Positions 12,101-27,100 of a stretch of DNA of 64,000 bases are shown here, in pieces. The notes beneath the pieces were generated by a model. That model saw only the letters and a list, made by a program, of their open reading frames with translations. It was not told the origin of the DNA and searched no databases. Position 1 is the first letter of the stretch. Each line of letters begins with the position of its first letter. The stretch comes from Mytilus californianus. Its lineage: Eukaryota. The stretch spans positions 75,764,001 through 75,828,000 of the forward strand of contig NW_026262581.1 of the NCBI RefSeq assembly GCF_021869535.1, written 5' to 3'. A program made the translations under genes and the position numbers.

Positions 12101-15100
12101 CTATTATTTGTCTGTTTGTCTTTTTATTTTTGGCCATGGCGTTGTCAGTTTGTTTTCGATCTATGAGTTTGACTGTCCCTCTGGTATCTTTCGTCCCTCT
12201 TTTTGCCAATTACAGCTTCTACTCAACAAATATCAAAGTCTTTGATTTGAACTGCTATAACACTGATATGAATGCCCCAGCAACTAGGGACATTATATGT
12301 TTACTGGTATGAGCGTCTGACCGATTTTATGTTCATGATGATCCGTCCCACATCAAGTTTTAAAGTTTTGGCAATTCCAAATTGAAGATGAAGTTTTGGA
12401 TTTGATCACCCGTTTACACGTACAGTTCAATGAACATGACACTGTGATAAACACATTGATGTGGCTTTAACTATTTTATTTGTATGTTCATCAGTTTCTT
12501 ATTTAAATTACATTGTGCATGTTTCTTAATCCCTTCTGAGTCCAGAGTGATTTTCTGATAAATTTGGCCACTCCGGACTCTACATCTAAATCTACATCTA
12601 CGACATAGCTGCAAAGCTATGTCATCACTTGAAAAAGGTACTTTGACCCATCACTCAAGTATAGATTTTAGTTTGACGTCTTCCAACATGACAAAAAAAT
12701 TTGGATTTAACATTTAATAAACAATAGCTCCAAATTGTGCTCCAAATTTATGTACAGGTGCTGGTTAAAAATTTCATCTATCTTTTGTTTTTGTTGGTTA
12801 GCCACTACAGAGAAGCTTGGTGAGTTTGGTCTTGAATTCCTCAATGCTCTTAATCTCTAGTAGTTCGTCTGGTAGTTTATTCCAGTCTCTGATGGTCTGA
12901 GGAAAAAAGCTGTACTTGTAAATATCTTTGTTTGGCTTGATTTGTACGTATCTTTTAGTATTCGGTTGATGGAGTCTCGAAGTTCTTCTTGGTTTTAAAA
13001 TGTGTGATGGAATAGGTACATGTATAGCAACCTTTTCATGGATGCCATGGCTTTATGAAAGAGTGTTATACGTGCTATTTTTCTTCTGGTTTCTAGTGGT
13101 GTCATGTTAAAAATCAGAATCCCAAAAGGGATTTACATGTTACATGTACTATGTGAAATTTTAGGATTTTATCCAAAAAACAGTTTTTATCCCAAATTCC
13201 CAAATACGATAGTGTGAAATGGAAATTGGTAGAAATACAGAAAGATGCATGTATTTTTTCAAATTTTAGTTTAAAGTATTTTTTATGTGATATACAATAT
13301 AATAAATTTATTTGTTACCCATATTTAATTAAGTGAACTTCACGGTGAAAAAAGGTTTATAGATTTTTCCAAAAACACCCATAAACACTGAATAACATTA
13401 TCATGATTATAACACTTCAATTTTTTTGTACTGATTGTACAAGACGTCCTTCTTAGAATTAAAAGAAAATGTTTTATCAATTATTCATTTGTCTATTTTC
13501 TAAGTTTATTTTTTATGTCTTGTTCCAACTAATTGTAACATGTTAAGTTTGGTGGTGCATACCTGCCAACCTCTGAAACCTTCAAAGAGGGAGATCTCCC
13601 TCTCAACTATGACAGCTGAGGGGGAGATTTTGCGCGATCGACATTTTCAAGTTGAATATATGACCTGTTTACGTATTCATCTACAAAACACCAAGTGTCA
13701 ATAAATATACTTTATTTCTCCAATTTATGGTTATAATCTATACAACAAGGTGTTTTTTTTAGCCTTTTTTAATACTGTGACATAATCTCCAATTTGTTGA
13801 AGACAGTTACTATATGGTAGAAGTAGATTACCTCCGAGTCTCATAACTCATAACATTCCATATTTTGATTTTGAAAGTGGGAGATTTTTTACTCTATTAG
13901 ATGTAACTAAAATATGGTGATGCATATTTTATGATTATTCCCATGTGTCCTTATAGTTTAAACCCTTTAAACTTTGGTTCTTTCTATGCATTGTTATGTA
14001 TATCAATCCTCGTACACAAATACATGTACACATATTCTTTATTACCTTTATAATACGTAACATGTAGATTTTCATGTTTCAGAGATTGGTATGTGTTCAC
14101 AGCATCCCCAAAAAAGAAGAATGTTGTCATTGTTGTGGATGAGAGTGGCTCAATGTCAATTCCTAATGGAGGATTTAAACATCCAAATACCACACTGAGA
14201 GTTGATATTGCAAAAGATGCAGCAAGAACGGTACTTGAAACCTTCAGTCCTACAGATCATGTAAGTTAGTAAATTGGGTATAAGAATGCCTTTTGAGAGA
14301 CAGTATTGACAAGAAGTCATGAATTTATAGAATCCTTATACAGTAAAAACCTGACAAAAATCTGTAAAAGGAACATATTTTTGTTTGAATTGTTTTGCAT
14401 TTGTCATTTCGGGACAGTTTATAGCTTGCTATGCGGTATGATTTTGCTCATTGTTGAAGGCTTGATGGTGACTTTATTATACTTCTACTTCATTTGGTCT
14501 CTGTTGGAGTGTTGTCTCATTGGCAATCATACCCCATTCACTTATTTTTTTATTAATAATTTCTGATCAAAATTTTCTGTAAAAAGAGATTTTGATTTGT
14601 TTGTTATAATAAGTCATGAACTGAGAAATCCTTATGGTTGTCACTTTAATTTCTAGGTGATACGTTAAATTTTTATGCAACTTTCAATTATTGTTTGTAA
14701 GAAATTTTGGTGATTGTACCATATAATTTTATGTTTCATTACAGGTTGGTGTTGTAGCTTTCAGTAACGAACCAAGGAGTCCATCTGGCTGTCATGGAAG
14801 CAAAGTAGCCAGAGCTACAGTAGAGAATAAGAAAATCATTCACCAGTTTCTTGATAGTATCAAACCAAAGAGTAAGTAGACAATATAAAGCCACATTTCT
14901 AAATAATCTGGCTGACTTATCGAAGACCACTTAGCCAAAACAAAAACAAATTTCATGCCCTATGATAGTAGAGGAACATTCTGTTTTCTGATCTGTGCGT
15001 CATCCTTTGTTTTGTCTTTTCAATACCAGGATAGGGTTTTTGGTCTAGGTAGTTTATAATGAAGTTAAAGTCACAACAACTTAATAAACAGGTTCATTAT

Positions 15101-18100
15101 GATGTTAACTTTCTAAATTATATGCCAAATTACGATTTTGACCCCCAATTTCAAAGAACATGGAAATGCCGTTTTGAGAAACCAGTACATTTTCATGGAA
15201 AAGTTTTTGGTTAAGGTTGTGATAATGTGAGCAGGGCATGGTGTGTTGTGGACACATGTTCTTGTTTTTCTCTCTTATTTTTTTTTTGCTAAACTTAATC
15301 CTCAAACTGTAGTAGCCATTTTATGACTTTGATCTTGTCAAAACACCAAAGAAGATATCATTTTTCATGTAAAAAACACTTGTGAATTCTCACTTGCTTG
15401 CCTTTTGTTTGTCATTTTTTTGTAAAATGTACTTTATTTGATATTCTGTTTTGCTAGTAAAACTGTATTTGCAAAAGTCAAACCCCCCATGTGACTTTGG
15501 TTGCTCTTCCTATGCATCATTATTATTCTTTGAATGGTACTTGACCTGCTTGGTAGGGGTTAATAGTTTTACACTGATGAAATCAATTATGTACTAATTA
15601 TTTGTTTAAATGTTTGGACTGTTCAAGTTAAAAGCAATTTGTGATGATGTGTACACTTGTTGTTTTTGGTTACAATGTCTGCATTAATATTTGTTTATTC
15701 ATTTCTTTTAGAGGACACCTATTATGGAAAAGCATTCAGATCAGCTTTTGGACTGTTGAGAGAAGCAAAACAGCAGACACCAGTATGTATATACATAACA
15801 TGAGAACAAATAAAGATAAATGTCGCATAGATGTACAAGAGGCGAATTCACTTTTATACTACTCAAGTCAACAGTAATTATAAATATTTTAATTAATGGT
15901 TCAAGCAATGAAAAAGATATCATGTTGAAGATAAAGTTAAAACTTCATCAGTTGTACATGTCTTCCAGAAAAGATGGAAGAAAGCCTTTTGTGTTGAATA
16001 TTCCTGTTTATACATGTTTTGTCAACTGAGAATAGGTAATGGTTCAAAACACTACCGGTACATGTAAAGCACTCAAAATTGCCAAATTTAAAAACCAATT
16101 AAAACATACTTTTGCCATGCTTTTGGAGGGTTACACATTCCATTTAATTACGTGCTGACTTCAGATCAGCCTTCTTTTATTCATTATTGTTTGTTTAATA
16201 TCGATTTTCGTGGATTTTGTGTGTATAGGAGATCCACAATTTTCAATGTTCAATGAAGTATAAATTTTCTATAGATTAGTATGCAGACTTTGGCAAAACC
16301 ACAAAATCTAATATACACGAAAATACAATTTTTCCTCAATCCACGAAAATTGGTATTGACGAAAATAAATATATCCACAGTACTCATATTCTCTATTACA
16401 GGATCAGTTTGAGAACTCCCTAGACATGATACTGTTTTTAACAGATGGAACTCCATCAGAATCTAATATAAACAGTATATTAGAAGAAATTGTTCATGGA
16501 CAGGACAGCGTGGTAATAACCATATGATAATACACTTTCTTTTTTTCACATGTATAGCAAAATCAGCCATAAAGGCTATAAAAATGTGAAAACAAATCAA
16601 ATTAAAAAAAAGCATCCTGATTTATGACAAAACAATAATGAAAAACAGAATGACATTATTTACAGATTAAGATTTTGAAATTAGGGTTATTACAAAAAGC
16701 TTGCTTGCATTTCACTTGTACACTGCATTTTCAAGAAAATCATTCTTTTGCAGTTGAATTGCTACCAATGAATTAACACGGAAAATGTTTGTTTTTGTAA
16801 TAGTTTATATATTTGTTGGAGGAAAACTGAAATTAATGGTAACAATAGCCATTTTACTCCCAGAGGTATGGAACTCTGTTGTAAGATTTTTTTTCTCTTA
16901 ATTTTCTCATAAACCTCTTGGTCAACAATGGCTAAATAATGATACCCATTTATTGTTGCATTTTCTTATCCACCACCTAAGGTAAAATCATTATGGTGTA
17001 ATGAAAGCAAAACATAAAGAAATAAATTCTTAACAAATAAAAAGAACAAACAAGTTTAAATATAATTGACTTCTGCTGGAAATGTTTTTTTTTTCTAATC
17101 TATTAAAGATTGTATATTTCAGAACAACACTATTAAAATTTTTGTGTATGGATTTGGACATGAGATCTTGAATTCCAAGTACCATAGTAAAACAGATTTA
17201 CTACTAAAGATTGCTGACCAAAACAATCAGAATATGTCCTCCATGTTTGGTATATCAGGTGGCAAACATCTACAGTGGCCAGTATGTATGATAAAGTAGG
17301 ACATATGGGAAGATTGCTTTATTCTTAAAAATATGGGATAAAAAAAAAGAGGAGGAAACGATGCTCTATTCACTAAAAATTATAAAAGTTTTATGGGTTA
17401 TGCTTGAAAACTTCGAAACAAAGGTCAGGGTAAAATGGAATAGTGCATTTGTGTAATATTCATCGAAATTGTTCATAAATAAAGTTGAGAATGGAAATGG
17501 GGAATGTGTCAAAGAGACAACAACCCGACCAAAGAGCAGGAAACAGCTGAAGGCCACCAATGGGTCTTCAACACAGCAAGAAAATCCCGCACCCTGAGGT
17601 GGGTATCAGCTGGCCCCTAAACAAAAATGTGTACATGTCAGGGAAAATGGACATCATACATAACTCAAAAACATATAAATGAACTAAAATAAAAAATCAT
17701 ACAAGACTAACAAAGGCCAGAGGCTCCTGACTTGGGACAGGCGCAAAAATGCGGTGGTTTTAAACATGTTTAGTGAGATCTCAACCCTCCCCTATACCTC
17801 TATCCAATGTAGAAAACACAAACTCACAGTAATACGCACAGTAAAACTCAGTTTAAAAGAAGTCCAGCTCCAGACCTCAATTAAACTGATTGAAAGATTA
17901 TGTCTTCCTCATATGAAAATCAAGCACAATCCCTCCCTTTAGGGGTTTAGTATCATACCATCATAAAATATATGAGAAGAATATAACCCGTATCATGCCA
18001 ACAACTGGTTTTAGAATAAATGTGTTTATATCCGATGCAAAGACCCTATGAGTGAATCAATATAAATACCAAAATATGCCATCTTTAATGACCTGACAAC

Positions 18101-21100
18101 AGTATAGTAACTATATCCCTTCTGAATAAGTCTGTTTAAAGGTTTGGTTAGCTTTTGAGGTGAATGCTGACATTTTTGTGCTTTGTAAAGAATATTACCA
18201 TAAAAGATTGGATGTGAAATACCTGAACGTATAAGATGCCTGCATGTTGAATTATATTTACGAATGATGTCCTTGTACCGATGATAAAATTTAATAAATG
18301 TTTTGACTAGTTTGTGATATCGAAAACTCTGGTGTAATAATTTTTCAGTTATATGTTATAAAATTACTTACATTTTCAAGCCATTTGGTTTAGTGTTATA
18401 CAAGAACACTTTGTTAGATATGAATTAAAAGAGATGTAGAATAAATGTCAAGAAGATAGGAAACCTATGACACAGAAAACAAAAAAGAAATCTAGAGGTT
18501 TAAAAACAGACGAGTGTCTCTTCCTTAAGTCTAGTGGCTCAGATGATTTTACCTTCTATCAGCTAGTATTATTTTGCAAATACCCTTCTTGAACTTGATT
18601 TATCTGTTCCTTATATATAGAATATAGTTTCAAATATTTTGTGGATCAACATAAACAACCAAATAAGAATAAATGTAAATTTCACCACATTTTATGATGT
18701 GCAGTTAGATATGAATCAATAAAATTCATGCTGTTAAAAAGAAATCTGAAACAAACATAATGAAATTTTCACCATTCAAATTTGAGGGTTTGCTGGTATT
18801 TTTGATCTTGTGAAAATAAGGTGAAGTACTGGTAAAATGAATGTAGGTAGGCAAGTGCGCCAGTTAGAGGAATGTGTTTATAATTAATGTAGTGATCAGA
18901 ATATATACTTTTATTTAGTCCAATGAATAAGTTAGTTTATCAATTCTATTACAGCAACTTTCAAACCTGAAAGACACTTCTAAACCTATAGGTCCTGTGG
19001 GCAACCTGACCATTTTACCAGATGTTGACCCTGAACAACTGAGAAATGTAATGGGAAGTTATTATACAAAGTTTCCTATGTCACAACATACAGATTACAG
19101 TATTAGTCTACCACACATAGAAGATAAGTTAGGTAAAGATCTGTGTATGTTACTCATAGTAAAGTTACCACACTAAGATTCCTACAGTAGACAAGAAAGT
19201 AACTTTGTTTTAGAATTGTCTATATTACAGATGCCACTAATGTGTCGTATGTAGAATAAAACATGCATCTGGCATACCAAATTATAAGCCTGGTATCTTT
19301 TATGAATTTTCACACATGTTTTATGTTTCTTTGTCTAGTTTCCATACTATGGTATTTTACACTAGATAAAGGAGGTTACTTTTTTAATTAGCTGGTAAAG
19401 GTATTTCTATATTACACCTGATTTATGATTCCAGGTCTAGTCACCACACTAGGTATTCCCACACTGGACAAGGGAGGTAACTTCTTTGGAGTAGCAGGAA
19501 TTGATCTATCTCTGTTACTCATGTTTTATGAAGTGGTACATTTTAGACAAGGACAACATGGGTATGGTTTTGTTGTTGGAAACAAGGGTAAATGTAGAAA
19601 TTTTGTTTATATTTATACACCTATATAAAAAAGGGTTAAAATTCTTATTAAAAAAAGAATATCCAACAGTGAAAAATAATCTTGACATCAACAAAAACAT
19701 AAGTAGACTTTGGTTTTCTGTGTGGAAAACTTTGCATGAATTTATTTTTCTGTAATACAGTGATATAGTGACCAAAATCAATTGCATTAGTGACTCTTTA
19801 TAAGATTTATTCTTTCATTATGACAGACATATGGGTACAGCACTTATTATTCCAATGGAAAACACTGTCAATATATTCAATACTTTTTAATATAGGAAAA
19901 ATTCTGATACATCCCTATATGTCCAATCCTCAGCAGCAGATGAAACAGCCCAGATTCTATGATGTTGACCAGATAGAGCCAGTATTAAGTAATGAAGCTG
20001 TATTCAACATAACCAATGGTTTACCAGGACATTTCTACTCAAAAACAGTATGTAATTATACTATGTTACACTTAAAGTTTTACATTTGTGTATAACAACA
20101 ATAGTCCTATCAGCATTTAACAATGATTTAGGAACTTTCAGTTACCGTAATTTGCTGTGTATAGTACGCAGTTGTGTGTAATACGCACCCCTTTTCATTC
20201 CTCCAAAATCGTGAAAAAAAGTAACAAAAAAAATAAAATAAAATAGAAAGATAAAAAAAGAAAATTTAAATAAAAAAAAAATAAAAAAAAGTAAAGTATT
20301 TTTTTTTAAGTCTAGTTCACTGTAAAAAGCCTTTAATATGGAACAATTATACCATACATTTATTCTTCATTTAAGTTTATTGAAAGATGAAAATAATAAG
20401 ATTGATTGTTCAATCAAATAATTTTAAAGTCACAACCAATTAAATGGTAGAGCTTTTATCGTGTAATTAACATTTATTAATTTTATAAAAGTTAAGTTAT
20501 TAATTAAAGATCCCTTTTGAAATCAATGTTTGTCTAAGCTTGTTCAAGCTGATGCACTGTTCAAAAGAAATAATTAGAATGTTATGGAACAATAGAAATA
20601 AGACCTCAAACATTTTAAAAGTTGATTAGCAGTAATTAAAATTTAATGACTCTTTAATCCGATATTTCCTTTTCATTGATCATGTTGATTTAGAGTACTG
20701 CATGAGGTTATTATATTGAACACCTGTCAAAAGTTGACATGATTATTCAATTGCTACACACCCATACTTAATTCTTAATTACATTTTATGCTCACTCATG
20801 CAGGATGTCACACCATTACTTGTGTATTCAATATAGAAAGGAAAAACACTTTTTTTTAAATTACAAATAAAGAAATAAAATAAAAAACGTATTAACATAT
20901 ACAACAATGAAGAAAAATAAACGATATTAATAAAAAAAAAATCAAAAACCGTCTGTAACTGTGTATGATACGCAACCCCTCTACCAACTTCTTTTTGGGG
21001 TAAAAAATGCATACTATACACACCTAAAGACGGTAATATTGTTCACAGCTTTGGGATGAAACTGCTCTGGAGCTAAGGCAGGACTGATTCTAAATAAGAC

Positions 21101-24100
21101 AAACAGCATTTTTTTTGTAACTGAACAGCTGGAAACCATGTTTTAATATAAAGGCAAGATGGAAAAGCTTGAATACTTTGGATTCATATGTTGTTGTGGA
21201 TACCAATTTTTCCAGGATTGAGGAACAATTGTATTTTTGTGAATATTTCATTCTGGTTTTTGGTTTTTCCAAAGTTAACATACAAGCATATTGAAAATTT
21301 TTACTTTTTTTGAACATTTGAATTTGTGGTTTACCTACATCCATGAAATCCATGATAATTGGTATCCCACTAAAAACAGTGAATCCATAGTGTATCAATT
21401 AAGGTTTAACAGGTGAATTTAAATAAGTTCAGCCTTCACTAGCATATTTTAATGCCCCCGCCTTCCCAAAATTGGTTTCCGTTCTCTAACTTCAGTTTGC
21501 CTCAACCAAATAGTATGAAACTTATACACAATGCTTATTACCACAAAACACAGATCAAGATTGAATTTGGGTGGCGTCACTTCTACCATTCTAGAGTTAT
21601 GTCCCTTTACAAATCGAAAAATTTCTGAATTTTTCATTTCTGTTCTCTAACTTAAGTTTGCCTAAACCAAATGTTATGAAACTGATACACAATGCTTAGT
21701 ACCACAAAACTCAGACCAAGTTTGAATTTGGGTAGTGTCACTTTTACCATTCTTGAGTTATGTTCCTTTATAATGTTATATGCAAACGGGGGCATCATCT
21801 GTGTCCCATGGACACATTCCCCATTTATTTGATATAAAAATTTACTATGAAAAATACAAGTTAAGAATTTTGTCTAGGAGCAATTACCATCAGAAATTTA
21901 CAATTTTCTTTATCAGAATGCCTGTTATAAGGAAATGCATTTTTACATTTAAAGGTTACATAATATTTGTTTTGGCACAATCAATGAAGAGAGGGTCATA
22001 TTTGTGCCAATGGACAACTATTTACCAAAGACCATAGGACACGGATGTAAATAACTATAGGTTGTTATAGGGCCTTCAAAAATGAGCAAATCCATGTTAT
22101 ATAGAAAAAAAGTTATTTGAGCACCATCATGAAATATGCTCATATAATGTTATGTCTGAAATCTGAAGTCAAAGCGTCCTAAAGCAATAATGTCTCGTCA
22201 GCAACTTTCCAAGATGAGTTTAAAAGCAGAAAGTATGCATTTCCCTTTCTTAATTGAATCAAATAATACTAAGCTTTACAAGTTGAATAAACATTATTGT
22301 CTGAAATTAAAAGCAGTACGTAATTTTTACACAACACGCTGGTTATGGCATAAAATGTCAGGTGATAATAACTGATTCTTGACAGTAATTGGTATACATG
22401 TATTTACCAGTAGATAATAATATATTTAAGTAATACAAGTGTTGGTACTCACATTATCAGATCAAAGTTCTTAATTTTATTTCAGTTTTTGTTGAACCTG
22501 TGACTTTTGTCACAATACGAGACATAGCGATCCTACATTCCGTCGGCATCGGCGTCACCGTCGTCGTAGGCTTCCACAAATATTCACTCTGTGGTTAAAG
22601 TTTTTCAAATTTTAATAACTTTCTTAAACTATCCTGCATTTCAACCAAACTTGGACAGAAGCTTGTTTATGATCATAAGATAGTATCCAGAAGTAAATTT
22701 TGTAAAAAAAAAAATCCTGTTTATCCGTATTTTACTTATAAATGGACTTAGTTTTTCTGCCAGTTAACATTACATTCACTCTGTGGTTAAAGTTTTTCAA
22801 ATTTTAATAACTTTCTTAAACTATCCTAGATTTATACCAAACTGGGACAGAAGCTTGTTTATAATCATAAGATAGTATCCAGAAGAAAATTTTGTATAAA
22901 AAAAATCCTGTTTATCTGTATTTTACTCATATATGGACTTAGTTTTTCTGCCTGTTAACATAACATTCACTCTGTGGTTAAAAGTTTTTCGAATTTAAGT
23001 AGCTTTCTTAAACTATCCTGGATTTGTACCACACTTGAACAGAAGCTTGTTTGTGATCATAAGATAGTATTCAAGAGTAAATTTTGTTAAAAAAAAATCC
23101 TGTTTATCTGTATATTACTTATAAATGGACTTAGTTTTTCTGCCAGTTAACATTACATTCACTCTGTGTTTAAAGTTTTTCAAATTTTAATAACTTTCTT
23201 AAACTATCCTGGATTTGTACCAAACTTGGAAAGAAGCTTGTTTATGATCAAAAGCTAGTATCTAGAAGGAAATTTGTAAAAATTTATTTCCTGTTTTTCC
23301 GTATATTACTTATAAATGGACTTAGTTTTATTCCAGTTAACATTACGTACAGTCTGCAGTTAAAGTTTTTAAAACATTTATTAGATTCATAAACCTTCTT
23401 GGATTTTTACCAAACTTGAACAGAACTTCTTACAATCAAAAGATAGTATCTAGAGGAAAATTTTTAATACTTTTTTCCCCATTTTTGTTGAGCCTGCGAC
23501 TAACAGCAAAAGTAGGCGAGACACTGGGTTCCGCGGAACCCTTACAAATTTTTAATATATTAGTTATAATACAAAATATTGCCATTATTTTTCTCACAAT
23601 TTTGTAAAACGTCATCTTAGTTGCAGCAGTCAGAAAATATTTCTGTTGATTTATTGTAGGCTACTTTCTGGAAAACACCAGAAATTCAAGGATCAAAACC
23701 TGCAACATTTTACTATAGGCCTATTCTCCATTTCCATGGAAATTATTCTGTTGTCTTGGTGATATTTGATGAGGATATTGAAGAGTTGAGGGCAGATGAG
23801 GTAACTCTCTGTAGATTTAATATTTCCTTGTTTACATTTATTTTTAAAACTTTTAATTCACTGTTTTGAAGGAAATTTCTCTCGAGATGTGTATAAGTAT
23901 TCTATAGAATGTTAATACTTGCCAACTTTTCAAGAACTCCATGGGGGATTTTAAGCACAAGAGCTCCTAATATATTGTCATAGGTGTTTTTAATCTAATA
24001 CTACTAGAACTCACCCGCGACATTGCTGGTCCGTGTCTAAATTAAAGTACCTATGCCTTGTTTTTAGCCTGGATTTTTAGTATTCGTATTGTCATCTGAT

Positions 24101-27100
24101 AAAATCATGCTGATTGTAAGGTGCTCTCTGCTTTCAAATATTTCTGTTTTACCCCGTCCTGATTTCCTTACTACAATACACTTAATATAAACTAAATTTG
24201 ATTTGTAACTAATTAACCAAATTAATGGTAGTATTGAGGTGGAAGAAAAGAGACTTGTTAGATAGTGTACTATATTGTAACATAGATATAAAATTACTAC
24301 TGGAAGAATTCCATGTTCTCCTGATAGAGGAGGGATTTACAGAAGGTAACAGGTAACCGGAAACTACATGTGACATATACTATTGGTATTGGTATTGGAT
24401 TTGACCCAGAACTTGTTAATTATGTGAAAAACAAAAGGGCCTGGAATGGTGTAATTTTTAAACAACACCATTGTCCTATATAAGTTATATATAAAGTTGG
24501 AATTCTTCGATTCGTCGTTTTTTGCGTCATGCCGGCTAAAAAATTGGACCTCGTTATTTTAGTAGTATAGATATTGTTAGAATGAGTATGTTTTTTGCTG
24601 AAATACCCTTTTAACTCATTTGAATTCCTATTTTGAGGTTTTCAGTTTTTATAATAAAGAATTCCAAAATTCAGGTCAACACCTCTCATGTGGGAAATCC
24701 CCCATAAATCATGAAAGTTGGCAGGTCTGAATTTTTAGGAATTTAAAAATTTGCATGTCTGATAAATTTTCAGAGGTCCCACCGAATTGTAGAACACATC
24801 TGTTGATTTAATTTTGTGATTTGTTTTTAGCTCTTTGGTTAAGTTTATTTTCCATTTACATCTTAAGAAGAGAATTTTGATTAACATCTTGTAAATGTAA
24901 ATTGGCTTATGTATTTTCTGCAAAAAAGGCAAATTTGTGCCACATGATAACGATTTAATTTAAGCATTCTGTTTCAGGATATAGAAAAAGGAGAATTTCC
25001 AAGTTTTATTTATCATCGTATGGATCTTTATGATAATGATACACTGAATAACTCTGACTTTTGTACTAGAGATAACAGTGTAGTCTTGACAAAAAATGCA
25101 ACAGTCAAGGTGAGACATATACCATAGGGGTGTAGTTAAGGCAAGATTTGTGTATACACCAATATTGTAACTGGGGTATAGACAATAGTTTACACTTCTT
25201 TTTTGTAATAGGGGTATAGAAATACAATTGTATTTAAGTAGCTAGGTTTCTTGAACTTGTGTGTCTGACAATTTAACTCATGGTGATTGGTTGGCCATCT
25301 GACTGCTGGATATATAAATACAAAGCCATATGATTAATGGTGTGGTAACATCCAATATTGTTGTATTATTTTCATGTGAAACCCATATAATGTGTAGAAG
25401 CAATCCTCTATAAAGAAAATTCTATTAGGAAATGCCAGCTCTTGTACATTGTACCAACTGGGATATTTATAGTGGTATACTCCATTTGCAAGTCCTACAA
25501 GAATGTTGCTGCATAGATTTGGAAAGTTAATATCTTTACTGCTGATATTACTGGTTTTCTTAGTAGATTTTAATTTAGTATAAAATTATTATTTAATTAC
25601 AAATGACAGTGAACCAATGCTTGGTAAATATTCAGTACGATAGAATCCCTAAAGTGGATACCTCGGTTATGCAGGGTTTTCTTGTTCATGTTTACTTCCA
25701 TACATGTATATACTTTCACTTTCTATTTATATACTCACAATGGTTACATTGTGACGTAATTTATGCATACCCTATTTTGTACTTCAAACGCAATTTTCTG
25801 TATTGTTTTTATCCTGATGACAGTGCCCTAGGCACCGAAACATGTCCATCTCATCAAATTACTGCAGCAATCCCTAAAGTGTTGTTGCTATAACTGCTTT
25901 TCAAAAGTTTTATTTGTTTAAGATATATACATAATAAATTAATAAATTGCAATCAGTAGTAAATTTGATATGTTGAAAGCTTTTGTCAGAAAGTGACATT
26001 TACTATTTTTGGTGTTTTTAGTTTGCCCCAAGTGTTTATTCTAATCCAGTGAAAAGTTTGGAGTATGAGCAGAATAACAAAAATAGAAGTTATCCTTTCT
26101 ATCAACACTACAGAAATGCTAGATTGTTCTCTAAGAATGCAGGTAAATTACCTAGTCTATCAGTACTACAGAAATGCTAGATTGTTCTCTAGAATGCAGG
26201 TAAATTACCTAGTCTATCAGTACTACAGAAATGCTAGATTGTTCTCTAGAATGCAGGTAAATTACCTAGTCTATCAGTACTACAGATATGCTAGATTGTT
26301 CTCTAAGAATGCAGGTAAATTACCTAGTCTATCAGTACTACAGATATACTAGATTGTTCTCTAAGAATGCAGGTAAATTACCTAGTCTATCAGTACTACA
26401 GATATGCTAGATTGTTCTCTAAGAATGCGGTTAAATTACCTAGTCTTATCAGTACTACAGATACGCTAGCATCTTTTCATGAAATGCATGTAAATTACTG
26501 AATCTCAGTACTACAATCAAGATGATGATTATGATTCCAGTGGCAAGTCAAATGTATATTCAGGATGAGAACATGTTAATGTGATATGAATATAAACCCT
26601 GCTTTGTACTAGACTGACACCTTGAGTCTGGTATTTAACATGTTAGTTCACAAGATAACAGTCTGCAGGAAAACATGTCACCCTACACAGAGACATTATT
26701 CTGACTCTTAACCAACAGTCTTTGCTCCTTATTGCTGAGAGCTTAATGCCAAGAGCTCAATGCTGACAGCTTAGCAGAGAAGCAGCAAATTCCAGTTTTC
26801 AAAAGTTTTTTGGTTTGACCTGGCAGGGTATCTAACCCAGGACCTCCTGCACTTGAGGCAAGCAATCTATGACGAACCCAACAAGGCAGTTTAGAATGCA
26901 AAAAGTTTGTACATAGCATAACATAATAACCAGTGTAAATTTTTCACACTTTGGTGAACAGTAAAAAATCTCACTTGTTGACACAATAATGTTTTGAAGC
27001 ATTACTTAGACATTTACACACATACCAAAATATGAACACTCCTCAGAAACAATGTAAAACTGACAAGAGAAGATTTAGATTTAAAAAAATAAATGAGTAT

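Noticed and set aside
26065-26352. 95 aa ORF with RMQVNYLVYQYYRNARLFS repeats
   Set aside because: Off-frame product of the 57 bp units; the true exon frame stops at the donor.
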